NCBI RefSeq assembly: GCF_013315695.1
Contig: NZ_CP054353.1
Strand: one strand, 5' to 3'
Length of the DNA stretch: 64,000 nt
From: Escherichia coli
GTDB taxonomy: Bacteria; Pseudomonadota; Gammaproteobacteria; Enterobacterales; Enterobacteriaceae
Shown: piece after piece, positions 37,288 to 47,354 of the stretch
How the letters are laid out: each line of letters opens with the position of its first letter
How positions within the stretch are numbered: the first letter of the stretch is position 1
The notes under the pieces: model-generated
Databases searched by the model: none
What the model saw: only the letters and a program-made list of their open reading frames with translations
Told to the model about the DNA's origin: nothing
Made by a program: the position numbers and the translations under genes

Positions 37288-38022
37288 CTACTTATTTTTT
37301 AACCTGATTAAATTAGTTAGAATAGCCCTGTACTTCCATAACAGCCAGCAAGTCGCAATGGACATTAATGCAAGTAAGATAGAAACCGGCATAGTCTTAT
37401 CATAAGCAAAAATAGGTTCGTTAATTTCATATGTTGGTGCTTGTTCAATAATATCTCTTCGTTTTGACAATACGACTGAAATATTCTCATATTGTACGCT
37501 TGCAAAGCTATTAACAATAAATCTCTTAATGTCATTTATTTTTATTTCTGGATTGATATCTTTTTCATATACAGCAAGTACAGAAATATGAATTGGTAAA
37601 GCAGTTTTGCCACTATCACCTGTATCAACATCGTAACTAACATGTACTCTTGAAGAAACAATGCCATCCATAATTTTGAGAGATTGCTCCAAACGCTGTT
37701 CAATAGCAGAATACAATCTTGCTTTTTCCGCTCGTGGAGAGGAAACGAGTGCATCTGCAGGAAACATCTGCGATATTTGAATATCAGGCTTACCCGGGAG
37801 ATTGTAGATTTTTAGCCAATCCACCGCAGAAGCAAAATCCGTTGGTTCTACATAGATTGAAAATCCAATTTTGCCTTGATCCTTCTTCTCAGCATTAATA
37901 TTATGTCTTTGTAAAACAGCAAGGACATCATTAGCTTGCTGTTGATCAAGATGGTTCAGTAATTCCTGCTGCTTGCAACCGCACAACAGCAGGATAAACA
38001 AGAATAATGATATATATTTCAT
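37288..38022 (-). CDS. eprK: T3SS inner-membrane ring lipoprotein (PrgK/EscJ/SctJ family)
   Basis: 244-aa ORF with lipoprotein signal (FILLLCGCKQ), SctJ-like periplasmic region and C-terminal TM anchor. Confidence 0.8.
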   Translation of the reverse strand: MKYISLFLFILLLCGCKQQELLNHLDQQQANDVLAVLQRHNINAEKKDQGKIGFSIYVEPTDFASAVDWLKIYNLPGKPDIQISQMFPADALVSSPRAEKARLYSAIEQRLEQSLKIMDGIVSSRVHVSYDVDTGDSGKTALPIHISVLAVYEKDINPEIKINDIKRFIVNSFASVQYENISVVLSKRRDIIEQAPTYEINEPIFAYDKTMPVSILLALMSIATCWLLWKYRAILTNLIRLKNK

Positions 38023-38351
38023 GAGCGAGTCAACGTCTCAACTGCAGCGACAATTTTTCTTGCTAATGTTCCCACCAATGAAACCTCGACATTATAATTA
38101 AGCACATGATCCTGCAAGACTAATAATTTTTCAGGAGTTAACCCCTTTTTATCAGACCTTAATGCTTGTAACGCATTTTGCTGCCAATTTTCAGTTTGTA
38201 CCGCATAGTTAGCAAAAGCGGAGATCATTTTATCATCCGGGTTATCAAGATTGAGAACCCGGTCATTTAAATCAATAACTTTCGCTTGCTGTATTTCATG
38301 AGCAGCTGATTGCTCAGCTCTATCAATAGGTGGCATATTGCTTACTGACAT
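38019..38351 (-). CDS. eprJ: T3SS inner rod protein (PrgJ/SctI-like)
   Basis: Small ORF between the needle and SctJ genes; track ORF trimmed to MSVSNMPPID. Confidence 0.6.
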   Translation of the reverse strand: MSVSNMPPIDRAEQSAAHEIQQAKVIDLNDRVLNLDNPDDKMISAFANYAVQTENWQQNALQALRSDKKGLTPEKLLVLQDHVLNYNVEVSLVGTLARKIVAAVETLTRS

Positions 38352-38370
38352 AATAAAATCCTTATCCAGT

Positions 38371-38610
38371 TTAGCGGAAGTTTTGTATGATTGCCGAATC
38401 AAGATCTTTATACGCTTTTACAACGTTAGATTGCGCATTTCGATATAATGTATACTCAGCTAATGCACTCTGATATTCGGCAAGGAATTTCGGGTCGGAA
38501 GGATTGGTTGCTAAATCCTCCAACGCTTTTTCAACTTGCTGGTTCAGATCATCAACGCCCTGATCAAATTGTTTGCTGATATCCATAATATAACCATTCC
38601 AATCTGCCAT
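38371..38610 (-). CDS. eprI: T3SS needle filament protein (PrgI/MxiH/SctF family)
   Basis: 79-aa ORF whose C-terminus (YRNAQSNVVKAYKDLDSAIIQNFR) closely matches the needle-protein C-terminus of Salmonella PrgI. Confidence 0.85.
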   Translation of the reverse strand: MADWNGYIMDISKQFDQGVDDLNQQVEKALEDLATNPSDPKFLAEYQSALAEYTLYRNAQSNVVKAYKDLDSAIIQNFR

Positions 38611-38657
38611 AAGTCCTCCTCAATTATTCCTGAAATGTCCACTTGCTACCTTGAGAC

Positions 38658-39425
38658 GGTGATGCTGCCAACTTACTGATTTAGTGTATGATGGTGTTTT
38701 TGAGGTGCTCCAGTGGCTTCTGTTTCTATCAGCTGTCCCTCCTGTTCAGCTACTGACGGGGTGGTGCGTAACGGCAAAAGCACCGCCGGACATCAGCGCT
38801 ATCTCTGCTCTCACTGCCGTAAAACATGGCAACTGCAGTTCACTTACACCGCTTCTCAACCCGGTACGCACCAGAAAATCATTGATATGGCCATGAATGG
38901 CGTTGGATGCCGGGCAACAGCCCGCATTATGGGCGTTGGCCTCAACACGATTTTACGTCACTTAAAAAACTCAGGCCGCAGTCGGTAACCTCGCGCATAC
39001 AGCCGGGCAGTGACGTCATCGTCTGCGCGGAAATGGACGAACAGTGGGGCTATGTCGGGGCTAAATCGCGCCAGCGCTGGCTGTTTTACGCGTATGACAG
39101 GCTCCGGAAGACGGTTGTTGCGCACGTATTCGGTGAACGCACTATGGCGACGCTGGGGCGTCTTATGAGCCTGCTGTCACCCTTTGACGTGGTGATATGG
39201 ATGACGGATGGCTGGCCGCTGTATGAATCCCGCCTGAAGGGAAAGCTGCACGTAATCAGCAAGCGATATACGCAGCGAATTGAGCGGCATAACCTGAATC
39301 TGAGGCAGCACCTGGCACGGCTGGGACGGAAGTCGCTGTCGTTCTCAAAATCGGTGGAGCTGCATGACAAAGTCATCGGGCATTATCTGAACATAAAACA
39401 CTATCAATAAGTTGGAGTCATTACC
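38658..39425 (+). mobile_element. insAB: IS1 insertion sequence, copy A (768 bp; insA 38713-38988, insB 38907-39410)
   Basis: Terminal inverted repeats ggtgatgctgccaacttactgat ... atcaataagttggagtcattacc; InsA (91 aa) and overlapping InsB (167 aa) frames. Confidence 0.97.
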
Positions 39426-39907
39426 GACTTAATGTTATCCCGATAACTCTTCCACCGCTGCGTGAACGTCAGGAAGATATTGAATTACTGGTGCATTACT
39501 TTTTACATCTGCATACCCGTCGTCTGGGATCGGTTTATCCTGGCATTGCTCCGGATGTCGTCGAAATATTGCGTAAGCATCGTTGGCCCGGAAACCTGCG
39601 CGAGTTAAGCAATTTGATGGAATATCTGGTTAACGTGGTTCCTTCAGGTGAAGTTATCGACAGCACGCTATTGCCACCAAATCTGCTGAATAATGGCACA
39701 ACGGAGCAAAGTGATGTAACAGAGGTCAGTGAGGCGCACCTGTCACTCGATGATGCGGGCGGCACGGCGCTGGAGGAGATGGAAAAGCAAATGATCCGCG
39801 AGGCGCTTTCACGTCATAACAGCAAGAAGGAAGTTGCTGATGAACTGGGCATCGGCATTGCTACGCTCTATCGCAAGATTAAGAAATATGAGTTGTTAAA
39901 CACATAA
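39426..39907 (+). pseudogene. ygeV: 3-prime fragment of sigma-54-dependent activator gene ygeV, truncated by IS1
   Basis: The frame is open from the first base after IS1 (LNVIPITLPPLRERQEDIELLVHYFLHLH...), encoding only the end of the AAA+ domain and the C-terminal Fis-type HTH; no N-terminal domain is present. Confidence 0.8.
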
Positions 39908-39946
39908 CCTCAGTGAATCCGGTCTGAATTCAGGCCGGATATCCTT

Positions 39947-40426
39947 TTACTTCGTTTTCTCGCAATCCAGAACTGTATTTACAATCATCTGATACCCCGT
40001 GCAGCGACAAAGATTTCCCGCCAGTCCGCGACGAATTTCCGTAATGGTTAATGGCTTCTCGCGTGGTTTCGCCAGCATTGCCGTGGTAGCCATAATCAGG
40101 CCAGGCGTACAAAACCCGCACTGCACTGCGCCGGATTTCGCATAAGCCTGCTGAACATGAGAAAGTTTTCCGCCTTTCGCTTCACCTTCAAGCGTGCGGA
40201 TCTCTTTTCCTTCAGCCCAGGCGGCAAGGTATAAGCAACTGTCTATTGCTGTGCCGTCGACCAGCACCGTACAGGCACCACATTCACCCACGCAGCACCC
40301 TTGTTTGACACTTAGCAGTCCTTGTTCGCGGAGTAATTCCGAGAGCGGCGTGCCTGGTGCGGCATGAAGCTGAAAAGGCATCCCGTTAATGGTGCATTCG
40401 ATGGTAATTGTTTCGCTGTGATTCAT
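39947..40426 (-). CDS. xdhC: xanthine dehydrogenase Fe-S subunit (2Fe-2S ferredoxin-like)
   Basis: 159-aa ORF with two [2Fe-2S] cysteine clusters ([11 protein letters not shown] and CGFCTPG). Confidence 0.9.
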
Positions 40427-41301
40427 TGCAATTTTCCCCCCGCCGCGGCGACGGCTTCGCTAATCACTTTTTTGGTCATCGTCTGGATGAGATGCAGACG
40501 AAACTCTTTACTGGCCCGCCATGAAGAACGCGGGGCGACATCTTGCAGGACAGATTCGCTGATAGCTTCCAGCGTTTGCAGGTTTAATGGCGCATTTTGT
40601 GCAGTCTGTTCGGCATGTTGGCAGCGAATCGGCGTTGGCGCGGCAACACCAAATGCCAGGCGTAATTCGCTGAAATTGCCGTTATCCAGTCGGCAATGTG
40701 CGGCACAGCCAATCGTTGAAATATCCATTGCGTCGCGCATGGCATATTTAAAATGCGCGCTGCCCGCGTGTTCTTTCGGCTGGGGCGGAAAATGAAAGGC
40801 GACAAGGATTTCGTCATGCTCAAGAGACACTTTGCCCGGCCCAGTGTGAAAGCCATTAATCGGGACGAAACGAACACCGCGCGGGGAGTGAATCTCCAGT
40901 GTCGCGTCATAAATTAGCGTTGGCGTGGCAGAATCTGCGCTGGTAGCACCGTTGCAAATATTTCCACCGTAGGTAGCGACGTTACGGATCTGCGGTCCGG
41001 CAATGGACGAGGCCGCAGCACATAACGCTGGGAGATGACGTTGAGTTACAGGATCTTCAATGAGCTGGGTAAATGTCGTTGCAGAGCCGATACGTAGTGA
41101 GCCATCTTCCGCCAGCGTAATTCCCCGCAGCTCCGCCAGATTATGAATATCAACAATATGGCGATAACGGTCATTGTGATGGTGGAGCTGAATCAGTACG
41201 TCAGTGCCACCGGCGAGCAGTTTGGCCTGCGGGTTGTCAGCCAGCAGGTTGATGGCATCGGCAAGGGTTGCTGCGCGATGGTAAGAAGCAAAATCAAACA
41301 T
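40423..41301 (-). CDS. xdhB: xanthine dehydrogenase FAD-binding subunit
   Basis: 292-aa ORF with CO dehydrogenase flavoprotein-like sequence; overlaps xdhC by 4 nt. Confidence 0.9.
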
Positions 41302-41311
41302 GATGTTATCC

Positions 41312-43570
41312 TCAAATCAATCCTGCCAGATGGAACTCTTCATATAACCGTTTTGGCGTCAGCGGCAGTGTATTGATTGCAACACCGGTAGCCATCTTCA
41401 CCGCGTTACGAATAGCAGCGGCAACAGGAATTATTGGTGGCTCACCCAGTGACTTATGTCCGTATGCGGATTGCGGCTCATTGATTTCGACGAACGCGCT
41501 TTCCAGTTGTGGCAGATCCGGCATGGTCGGCATTTTGTAATCCAGCAGATTGGGGTTACGGACCACGCCGCTTTTCGCATCGATGATCATCTCTTCAAAT
41601 AGCGCCCAGCCAATGCCCATTCCCATTCCGCCGTGTACCTGACCTTCTGCCAGCAGCGGATTTAGAATATGCCCCGAATCATGAACGTTGAGGATGCGGT
41701 TGATGGTGACTTTGCACAGTGCAATATCGACCGTCAGATCAACAAAGGTACAGCCGAACGCCGGTGGGTTAGTGGTGGTTTTGATGGAGCTTTCAGCAGA
41801 GAGCTGCCCGCCGCGTTCAGGGTGGTAGAAAGCGTCCATCGCCAAATCTTTTAACGACATTAACGGTTCTTCCGGTCGTTCAATCAGCACGATATGGCCT
41901 TTTATCAGGGTCAGATTCATCGCTGACTGATGTAGCATGACTGCGGCGTGAGCGATGATTTTCTCTTTTAATAACAGTGCCGCACTGCGCAGCGCAGGCG
42001 CGGCAACATAGCTCTGGCGTGAGGCAAATGCGCCGGGATCGAACGGCGTAACATCGGTATCTTGTGTTGAAATAACGCGAACGTCGCTGACCGGAACCCC
42101 CACGGTTTCTGCCACCATTTGCGAGAAGACGGTGTCGGCACCCTGACCGATTTCCGTCGCGCCGCTTTGCACGTTGATGGTTCCATCCTGATTCATCAGA
42201 AGGCGCGCGCCTGCTATTTCTACGCCGACAGGCCAGGTGTTCGAGGTGTAGCTAAAACAGGCGACGCCAACGCCGCGGCGTAAATTGCCTTTCTGGTTCT
42301 GGCACTCTGCACGGCGTTTTTCCCATTCAAAGATTTTCCGGCCTTTTTCAAGACACTCCGGCAACCCTGCGCTGTAAATACGTTTGCCCGTGAGCGGATT
42401 AGCATCTCCTTCGCGGGCGGCGTTGCGTAAACGAATTTCAACAGGATCAATACCTAACGCTGTCGCGGCGTCATCAAGCATAGACTCAACGGCAAATACG
42501 ACTTGTGGCGCGCCATAACCACGCATCGCACCAGCTGAGGGGAGGTTGGTATAGCAGGTCTTTGAACTGTAAGCGTAGGCACAACGAGGATAAAGGTAAG
42601 CGACTTTATTCCCCCCCGCAGAAGCGATGGAGTGCCCGTGAGATGCGTAAGCGCCGGTGTTAGACAGAACATCCAGACTATAACCTTTCAATGTTCCGTC
42701 GCGGTTCACGCCCATTTGCCCGTCAATAGTAAAAGCGTGGCGGGTACGGGTTGCGAGGAAACACTCTTCACGGCTAAGGGAAACTTTCATCGGAATGCCG
42801 CCAAGCTTGCTGGTCAGGAATGCCGCCATTGGCTCTTCCAGTACATCCTGTTTATTACCAAAACCGCCACCGACAAACGGTTTGATGACTCGTACGCATG
42901 ACCAGGGAATATTCAGCGCCTGACCAACCACACGGCGAACAATGTGTGGGATCTGGGTGCTGGAAACGATGGTAATTCGCGAGTCATCCTCCATCCATGC
43001 CAGCGATGTCACGCTTTCCATGTGACAATGTTGAATGACCGGCGTCTGATAGTGCCCCTGTACCTGGTAGTCGGCGGCATCGATTGTTTGTTGGACATTG
43101 CCCGTCGACATCGTGCTTTGTTTTAGTAAATTGCCGCCGTTATGGATTGGTTCAGCGTCATCAGCCAGCGCCGCTTCTGGGGTGGTGATAACGGGTAATT
43201 CTTGCCACTCAATGCTGACCAATTGCGCCGCTTTTTCTGCCGTGAGTTCATCACGGGCCACGACGATGGCAACGGCGTCACCATGGTGACGAACATGGCG
43301 AGTTAGCAGTGCGCGATCGGCGGTATCGCGCTTGTTTTCGTCAAGTGTCCAGGCATGCCCAGCTGTAGCGAATGGGATATCAGGCACATCTTCCCAGGTA
43401 AAAATCGCCAGTACGCCCGGTAAACTTCTGGCTTGTTCATCATTAATACTTACGGCATAACCATGTGCGATAGGGCTACGTACATATTTCGCGTAACACA
43501 TGCCCGCCATAACATAATCGTCAGTATATCGTGCCCGCCCGGTGACCTTAGCAATGGCATCTACGCGCAT
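41312..43570 (-). CDS. xdhA: xanthine dehydrogenase molybdopterin-binding subunit
   Basis: Track ORF trimmed to MRVDAIAKVTGRARYTDD..., 752 aa, aldehyde oxidase/xanthine dehydrogenase family. Confidence 0.92.
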   Translation of the reverse strand: MRVDAIAKVTGRARYTDDYVMAGMCYAKYVRSPIAHGYAVSINDEQARSLPGVLAIFTWEDVPDIPFATAGHAWTLDENKRDTADRALLTRHVRHHGDAVAIVVARDELTAEKAAQLVSIEWQELPVITTPEAALADDAEPIHNGGNLLKQSTMSTGNVQQTIDAADYQVQGHYQTPVIQHCHMESVTSLAWMEDDSRITIVSSTQIPHIVRRVVGQALNIPWSCVRVIKPFVGGGFGNKQDVLEEPMAAFLTSKLGGIPMKVSLSREECFLATRTRHAFTIDGQMGVNRDGTLKGYSLDVLSNTGAYASHGHSIASAGGNKVAYLYPRCAYAYSSKTCYTNLPSAGAMRGYGAPQVVFAVESMLDDAATALGIDPVEIRLRNAAREGDANPLTGKRIYSAGLPECLEKGRKIFEWEKRRAECQNQKGNLRRGVGVACFSYTSNTWPVGVEIAGARLLMNQDGTINVQSGATEIGQGADTVFSQMVAETVGVPVSDVRVISTQDTDVTPFDPGAFASRQSYVAAPALRSAALLLKEKIIAHAAVMLHQSAMNLTLIKGHIVLIERPEEPLMSLKDLAMDAFYHPERGGQLSAESSIKTTTNPPAFGCTFVDLTVDIALCKVTINRILNVHDSGHILNPLLAEGQVHGGMGMGIGWALFEEMIIDAKSGVVRNPNLLDYKMPTMPDLPQLESAFVEINEPQSAYGHKSLGEPPIIPVAAAIRNAVKMATGVAINTLPLTPKRLYEEFHLAGLI

Positions 43571-44024
43571 GCATGATTCACCTGTAGCGGTTGCTTCCCG
43601 CGCTTCCATAGAAATCCCCTCGATTTGAACATTTGGTTCTTATGGCAAAGATTTAGTCTAAGCAGGCAAGATTTACGCCAGAAACGACGATAAGCGTTAA
43701 GGGAGGAAGGAAGTGTGATGATGTTAAAAAAACACAGATATGATACGAAACAGGACCCTGAATAGGGGCAGTGATACGTATCAATATCAGTGGCGATAAA
43801 ATCAATGTGATAAATTGGGATTATTACGCATCAGGATGGGAAATAGGGTAAATGAGTCAGGAAATTCGATACCTCTACAGTGAATATTTTGCTGATGATA
43901 CTTCCCTTTGCCAAATGAAATTAACCTCTTTCTCTATTACCGCGTTTTTCCAGAAGCAAGAGATTGGGTATCAAGAGGCTGGCTGCTATGATATGGCGTC
44001 TTGTTTTTTAAGCGAGGAAAGATT

Positions 44025-44777
44025 TTGAGTGCGGGACGCCTGAATAAAAAATCTCTGGGTATCGTGATGTTGTTATCGGTTGGACTGCTTTTGGCGGGCT
44101 GCTCGGGTAGCAAATCATCCGATACAGGAACGTATTCCGGCTCCGTTTACACCGTGAAACGGGGGGATACGCTATATCGTATTTCGCGCACCACGGGAAC
44201 CAGCGTAAAAGAGCTGGCGCGACTGAACGGCATTTCCCCCCCTTACACCATTGAAGTTGGTCAGAAACTAAAACTGGGTGGGGCGAAAAGTAGCAGTACA
44301 CGTAAATCAACCGCCAAATCAACGACCAAAACCGCATCGGTTACACCGTCATCAGCAGTACCGAAATCTTCCTGGCCGCCAGTAGGGCAACGTTGTTGGT
44401 TATGGCCAACGACAGGGAAAGTTATCATGCCGTATTCGACAGCTGATGGCGGCAATAAAGGGATTGATATCTCAGCTCCACGGGGTACACCTATTTACGC
44501 TGCGGGTGCAGGAAAGGTGGTGTATGTGGGCAACCAGCTGCGTGGCTACGGTAATCTCATCATGATTAAACACAGTGAAGATTACATTACGGCTTACGCC
44601 CATAATGACACGATGCTGGTAAATAATGGGCAAAGCGTGAAGGCTGGGCAAAAAATCGCCACTATGGGGAGCACTGATGCGGCATCTGTTCGCCTGCATT
44701 TCCAGATTCGTTACCGTGCAACGGCAATTGATCCGCTACGTTACTTGCCGCCTCAGGGCAGCAAGCCAAAATGCTGA
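44025..44777 (+). CDS. ygeR: LysM + M23 peptidase-family lipoprotein
   Basis: Probable TTG start at 44025 preceded by gaggaaag; lipobox LLLAGCSG, LysM domain (YTVKRGDTLYRISRTTG) and M23/LytM-like C-terminus. Confidence 0.85.
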   Translation: MSAGRLNKKSLGIVMLLSVGLLLAGCSGSKSSDTGTYSGSVYTVKRGDTLYRISRTTGTSVKELARLNGISPPYTIEVGQKLKLGGAKSSSTRKSTAKSTTKTASVTPSSAVPKSSWPPVGQRCWLWPTTGKVIMPYSTADGGNKGIDISAPRGTPIYAAGAGKVVYVGNQLRGYGNLIMIKHSEDYITAYAHNDTMLVNNGQSVKAGQKIATMGSTDAASVRLHFQIRYRATAIDPLRYLPPQGSKPKC

Positions 44778-44855
44778 TGGCGAATTAATCAGCAGTCAGC
44801 AGCGCGGCACTTGCTAAGGAGAGCGTAAGGTTTATAATGCCTTACGCATCTCGAA

Positions 44856-44929
44856 GCGGGCGTAGTTCAATGGTAGAACGAGAGCTTCCCAAGCTCTATA
44901 CGAGGGTTCGATTCCCTTCGCCCGCTCCA
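44856..44929 (+). tRNA. glyU: tRNA-Gly (anticodon CCC)
   Basis: 74-nt cloverleaf gcgggcgtagttcaatggtagaacgagagcttcccaagctctatacgagggttcgattcccttcgcccgctcca; anticodon loop ttCCCaa; 3-prime CCA encoded. Confidence 0.95.
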
Positions 44930-45162
44930 ATTTATCTTCACCTCATCAATCTGCCATTTTTGCTGTATCTGATTTTCTATATTATCTTAATTCAATCGCT
45001 TCAGACTTTTCGCAATCGCTGTAACACTTCCCCATTTTTTTGTAAATAAAAAGCGTTTACGCAATGCAATCCTTTTGTAACAACCCAGGTAAAATACCTT
45101 ATTTTCAAGTTGTTAAATAAGTGGTTATCTACGCTTTTAACAAACGATTGATGGAATCTTTT

Positions 45163-46608
45163 ATGAAAGGGAAATCTACATTAACTCTTCTGCTCGCTGG
45201 TATATTTTCGTACGGCACATGCCAGGCGGCAGGGGCAGAAGTGACGAGTGAATCTGTATTTAACATTCTTAATTCCACGGGGGCAGCAACTGATAAAAGT
45301 TATTTATCGTTAAATCCAGATAAGTATCCTAATTATCGTCTTCTGATTCACTCAGCCAAATTAAAAAATGAAATAAAGAGCCACTATACCAAAGACGAAA
45401 TTCAAGGATTGTTAACATTAACAGAAAATACACGAAAGTTAACGTTGACGGAGAAACCCTGGGGAACATTTATTCTTGCTTCTACTTTCGAAGATGACAA
45501 AACAGCGGCAGAAACCCACTATGATGCTGTCTGGCTGAGGGATAGTTTATGGGGCTATATGGCATTAGTATCAGATCAGGGAAATAGTGTAGCCGCAAAA
45601 AAGGTTCTGCTCACTCTGTGGGAATATATGTCTACGCCCGACCAGATTAAGCGGATGCAGGACGTCATTAGCAACCCAAAACGACTGGATGGTATTCCTG
45701 GGCAAATGAATGCTGTACATATCCGATTTGACAGCAACTCCCCCGTGATGGCAGATGTGCAGGAAGAAGGCAAGCCGCAGCTGTGGAACCATAAACAAAA
45801 TGATGCGTTAGGTCTTTATCTTGATCTCCTTATACAAGCAATCGACACTGGTACTATTAACGCTGAAGATTGGCAAAAAGGTGACCGATTAAAATCGGTT
45901 GCGCTGCTGATTGCTTATCTGGATAAAGCCAATTTCTATGTTATGGAAGATTCCGGAGCGTGGGAGGAAGATGCCCGATTAAACACATCTTCCGTTGCAC
46001 TGGTGACCTCTGGACTGGAACGTTTGTCAAACCTACTCTCGAAGAAAGACTCTGTTTTTGTCTCTGATTTACTACGCGAAGCTAAAGCCAATGAACTGGA
46101 TGAACCACTTTCAACAACGAGGTTGAACCACCTCATAGATAAAGGTTATGAAAGAATAACGCTACAGCTTGATTTAGGGGGAGAATCTCCTGGTTATCTG
46201 GAAAAAGATAAACATTACAGAGAAGCCGATGCGGCTTTACTTAATGTTATTTATCCTGCAAATCTTTCAAAGATAAACACCAGAAGAAAAGAGCAAGTTC
46301 TAAAAATAGTTAAAAAACTAGCAGGTCCGTATGGTATAAAAAGATACGAGAAGGATAATTATCAGTCGGCAAATTTTTGGTTCAATGATATTAAAACCGA
46401 TACCGATCAAAATTCACATGCGAAAAGAGAAATGAGCTTCATTCCATCAACAGAAGCAGAATGGTTTTTTGACTCATGGTATGCAAAATCAGCAGCAATT
46501 GTTTATAAAGAATCAAGAAAAGAAGAGTATTTGAATGACTCAGTGCAATTTATGAATAGATCATTGGCCCAAATAACAGGCGAGAAGGTAATGACTCCAA
46601 CTTATTGA
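45163..46608 (+). CDS. glycoside hydrolase family 15 (glucoamylase-like) lipoprotein, ygeQ-like; 3-prime end runs into IS1
   Basis: Long ORF with signal peptide/lipobox ([16 protein letters not shown]) and GH15-like motif (DAVWLRDS); the last ~7 codons and the stop are supplied by IS1 sequence starting at 46587, so the native C-terminus is missing; start codon uncertain (45121-45163). Confidence 0.6.
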   Translation: MKGKSTLTLLLAGIFSYGTCQAAGAEVTSESVFNILNSTGAATDKSYLSLNPDKYPNYRLLIHSAKLKNEIKSHYTKDEIQGLLTLTENTRKLTLTEKPWGTFILASTFEDDKTAAETHYDAVWLRDSLWGYMALVSDQGNSVAAKKVLLTLWEYMSTPDQIKRMQDVISNPKRLDGIPGQMNAVHIRFDSNSPVMADVQEEGKPQLWNHKQNDALGLYLDLLIQAIDTGTINAEDWQKGDRLKSVALLIAYLDKANFYVMEDSGAWEEDARLNTSSVALVTSGLERLSNLLSKKDSVFVSDLLREAKANELDEPLSTTRLNHLIDKGYERITLQLDLGGESPGYLEKDKHYREADAALLNVIYPANLSKINTRRKEQVLKIVKKLAGPYGIKRYEKDNYQSANFWFNDIKTDTDQNSHAKREMSFIPSTEAEWFFDSWYAKSAAIVYKESRKEEYLNDSVQFMNRSLAQITGEKVMTPTY

Positions 46609-47354
46609 TAGTGTTTTATGTTCAGATAATGCCCGATGACTTTGTCATGCAGCTCCACCGATTTTGAGAACGACAGCGACTTCCGTCCCAGCCGTGCCAG
46701 GTGCTGCCTCAGATTCAGGTTATGCCGCTCAATTCGCTGCGTATATCGCTTGCTGATTACGTGCAGCTTTCCCTTCAGGCGGGATTCATACAGCGGCCAG
46801 CCATCCGTCATCCATATCACCACGTCAAAGGGTGACAGCAGGCTCATAAGACGCCCCAGCGTCGCCATAGTGCGTTCACCGAATACGTGCGCAACAACCG
46901 TCTTCCGGAGCCTGTCATACGCGTAAAACAGCCAGCGCTGGCGCGATTTAGCCCCGACATAGCCCCACTGTTCGTCCATTTCCGCGCAGACGATGACGTC
47001 ACTGCCCGGCTGTATGCGCGAGGTTACCGACTGCGGCCTGAGTTTTTTAAGTGACGTAAAATCGTGTTGAGGCCAACGCCCATAATGCGGGCTGTTGCCC
47101 GGCATCCAACGCCATTCATGGCCATATCAATGATTTTCTGGTGCGTACCGGGTTGAGAAGCGGTGTAAGTGAACTGCAGTTGCCATGTTTTACGGCAGTG
47201 AGAGCAGAGATAGCGCTGATGTCCGGCGGTGCTTTTGCCGTTACGCACCACCCCGTCAGTAGCTGAACAGGAGGGACAGCTGATAGAAACAGAAGCCACT
47301 GGAGCACCTCAAAAACACCATCATACACTAAATCAGTAAGTTGGCAGCATCACC
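46587..47354 (-). mobile_element. insAB: IS1 insertion sequence, copy B (768 bp; insA 47024-47299, insB 46602-47105), inverted relative to copy A
   Basis: InsA and InsB ORFs identical in protein sequence to copy A but on the minus strand; terminal inverted repeats at 46587 and 47354. Confidence 0.97.

Noticed and set aside
27600-38650. Possibility that the AT-rich accessory block encodes a novel defence or secretion system
   Set aside because: Gene content and order match the described ETT2 island (needle protein with the conserved PrgI-type C-terminus, SctJ lipoprotein, HilA-like and SsrB-like regulators); I see no gene set unaccounted for by ETT2.
44837-45049. 70-aa ORF overlapping tRNA-Gly
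   Set aside because: The region encodes the glyU tRNA (44856-44929); the ORF is an artefact spanning the tRNA and its AT-rich downstream spacer.
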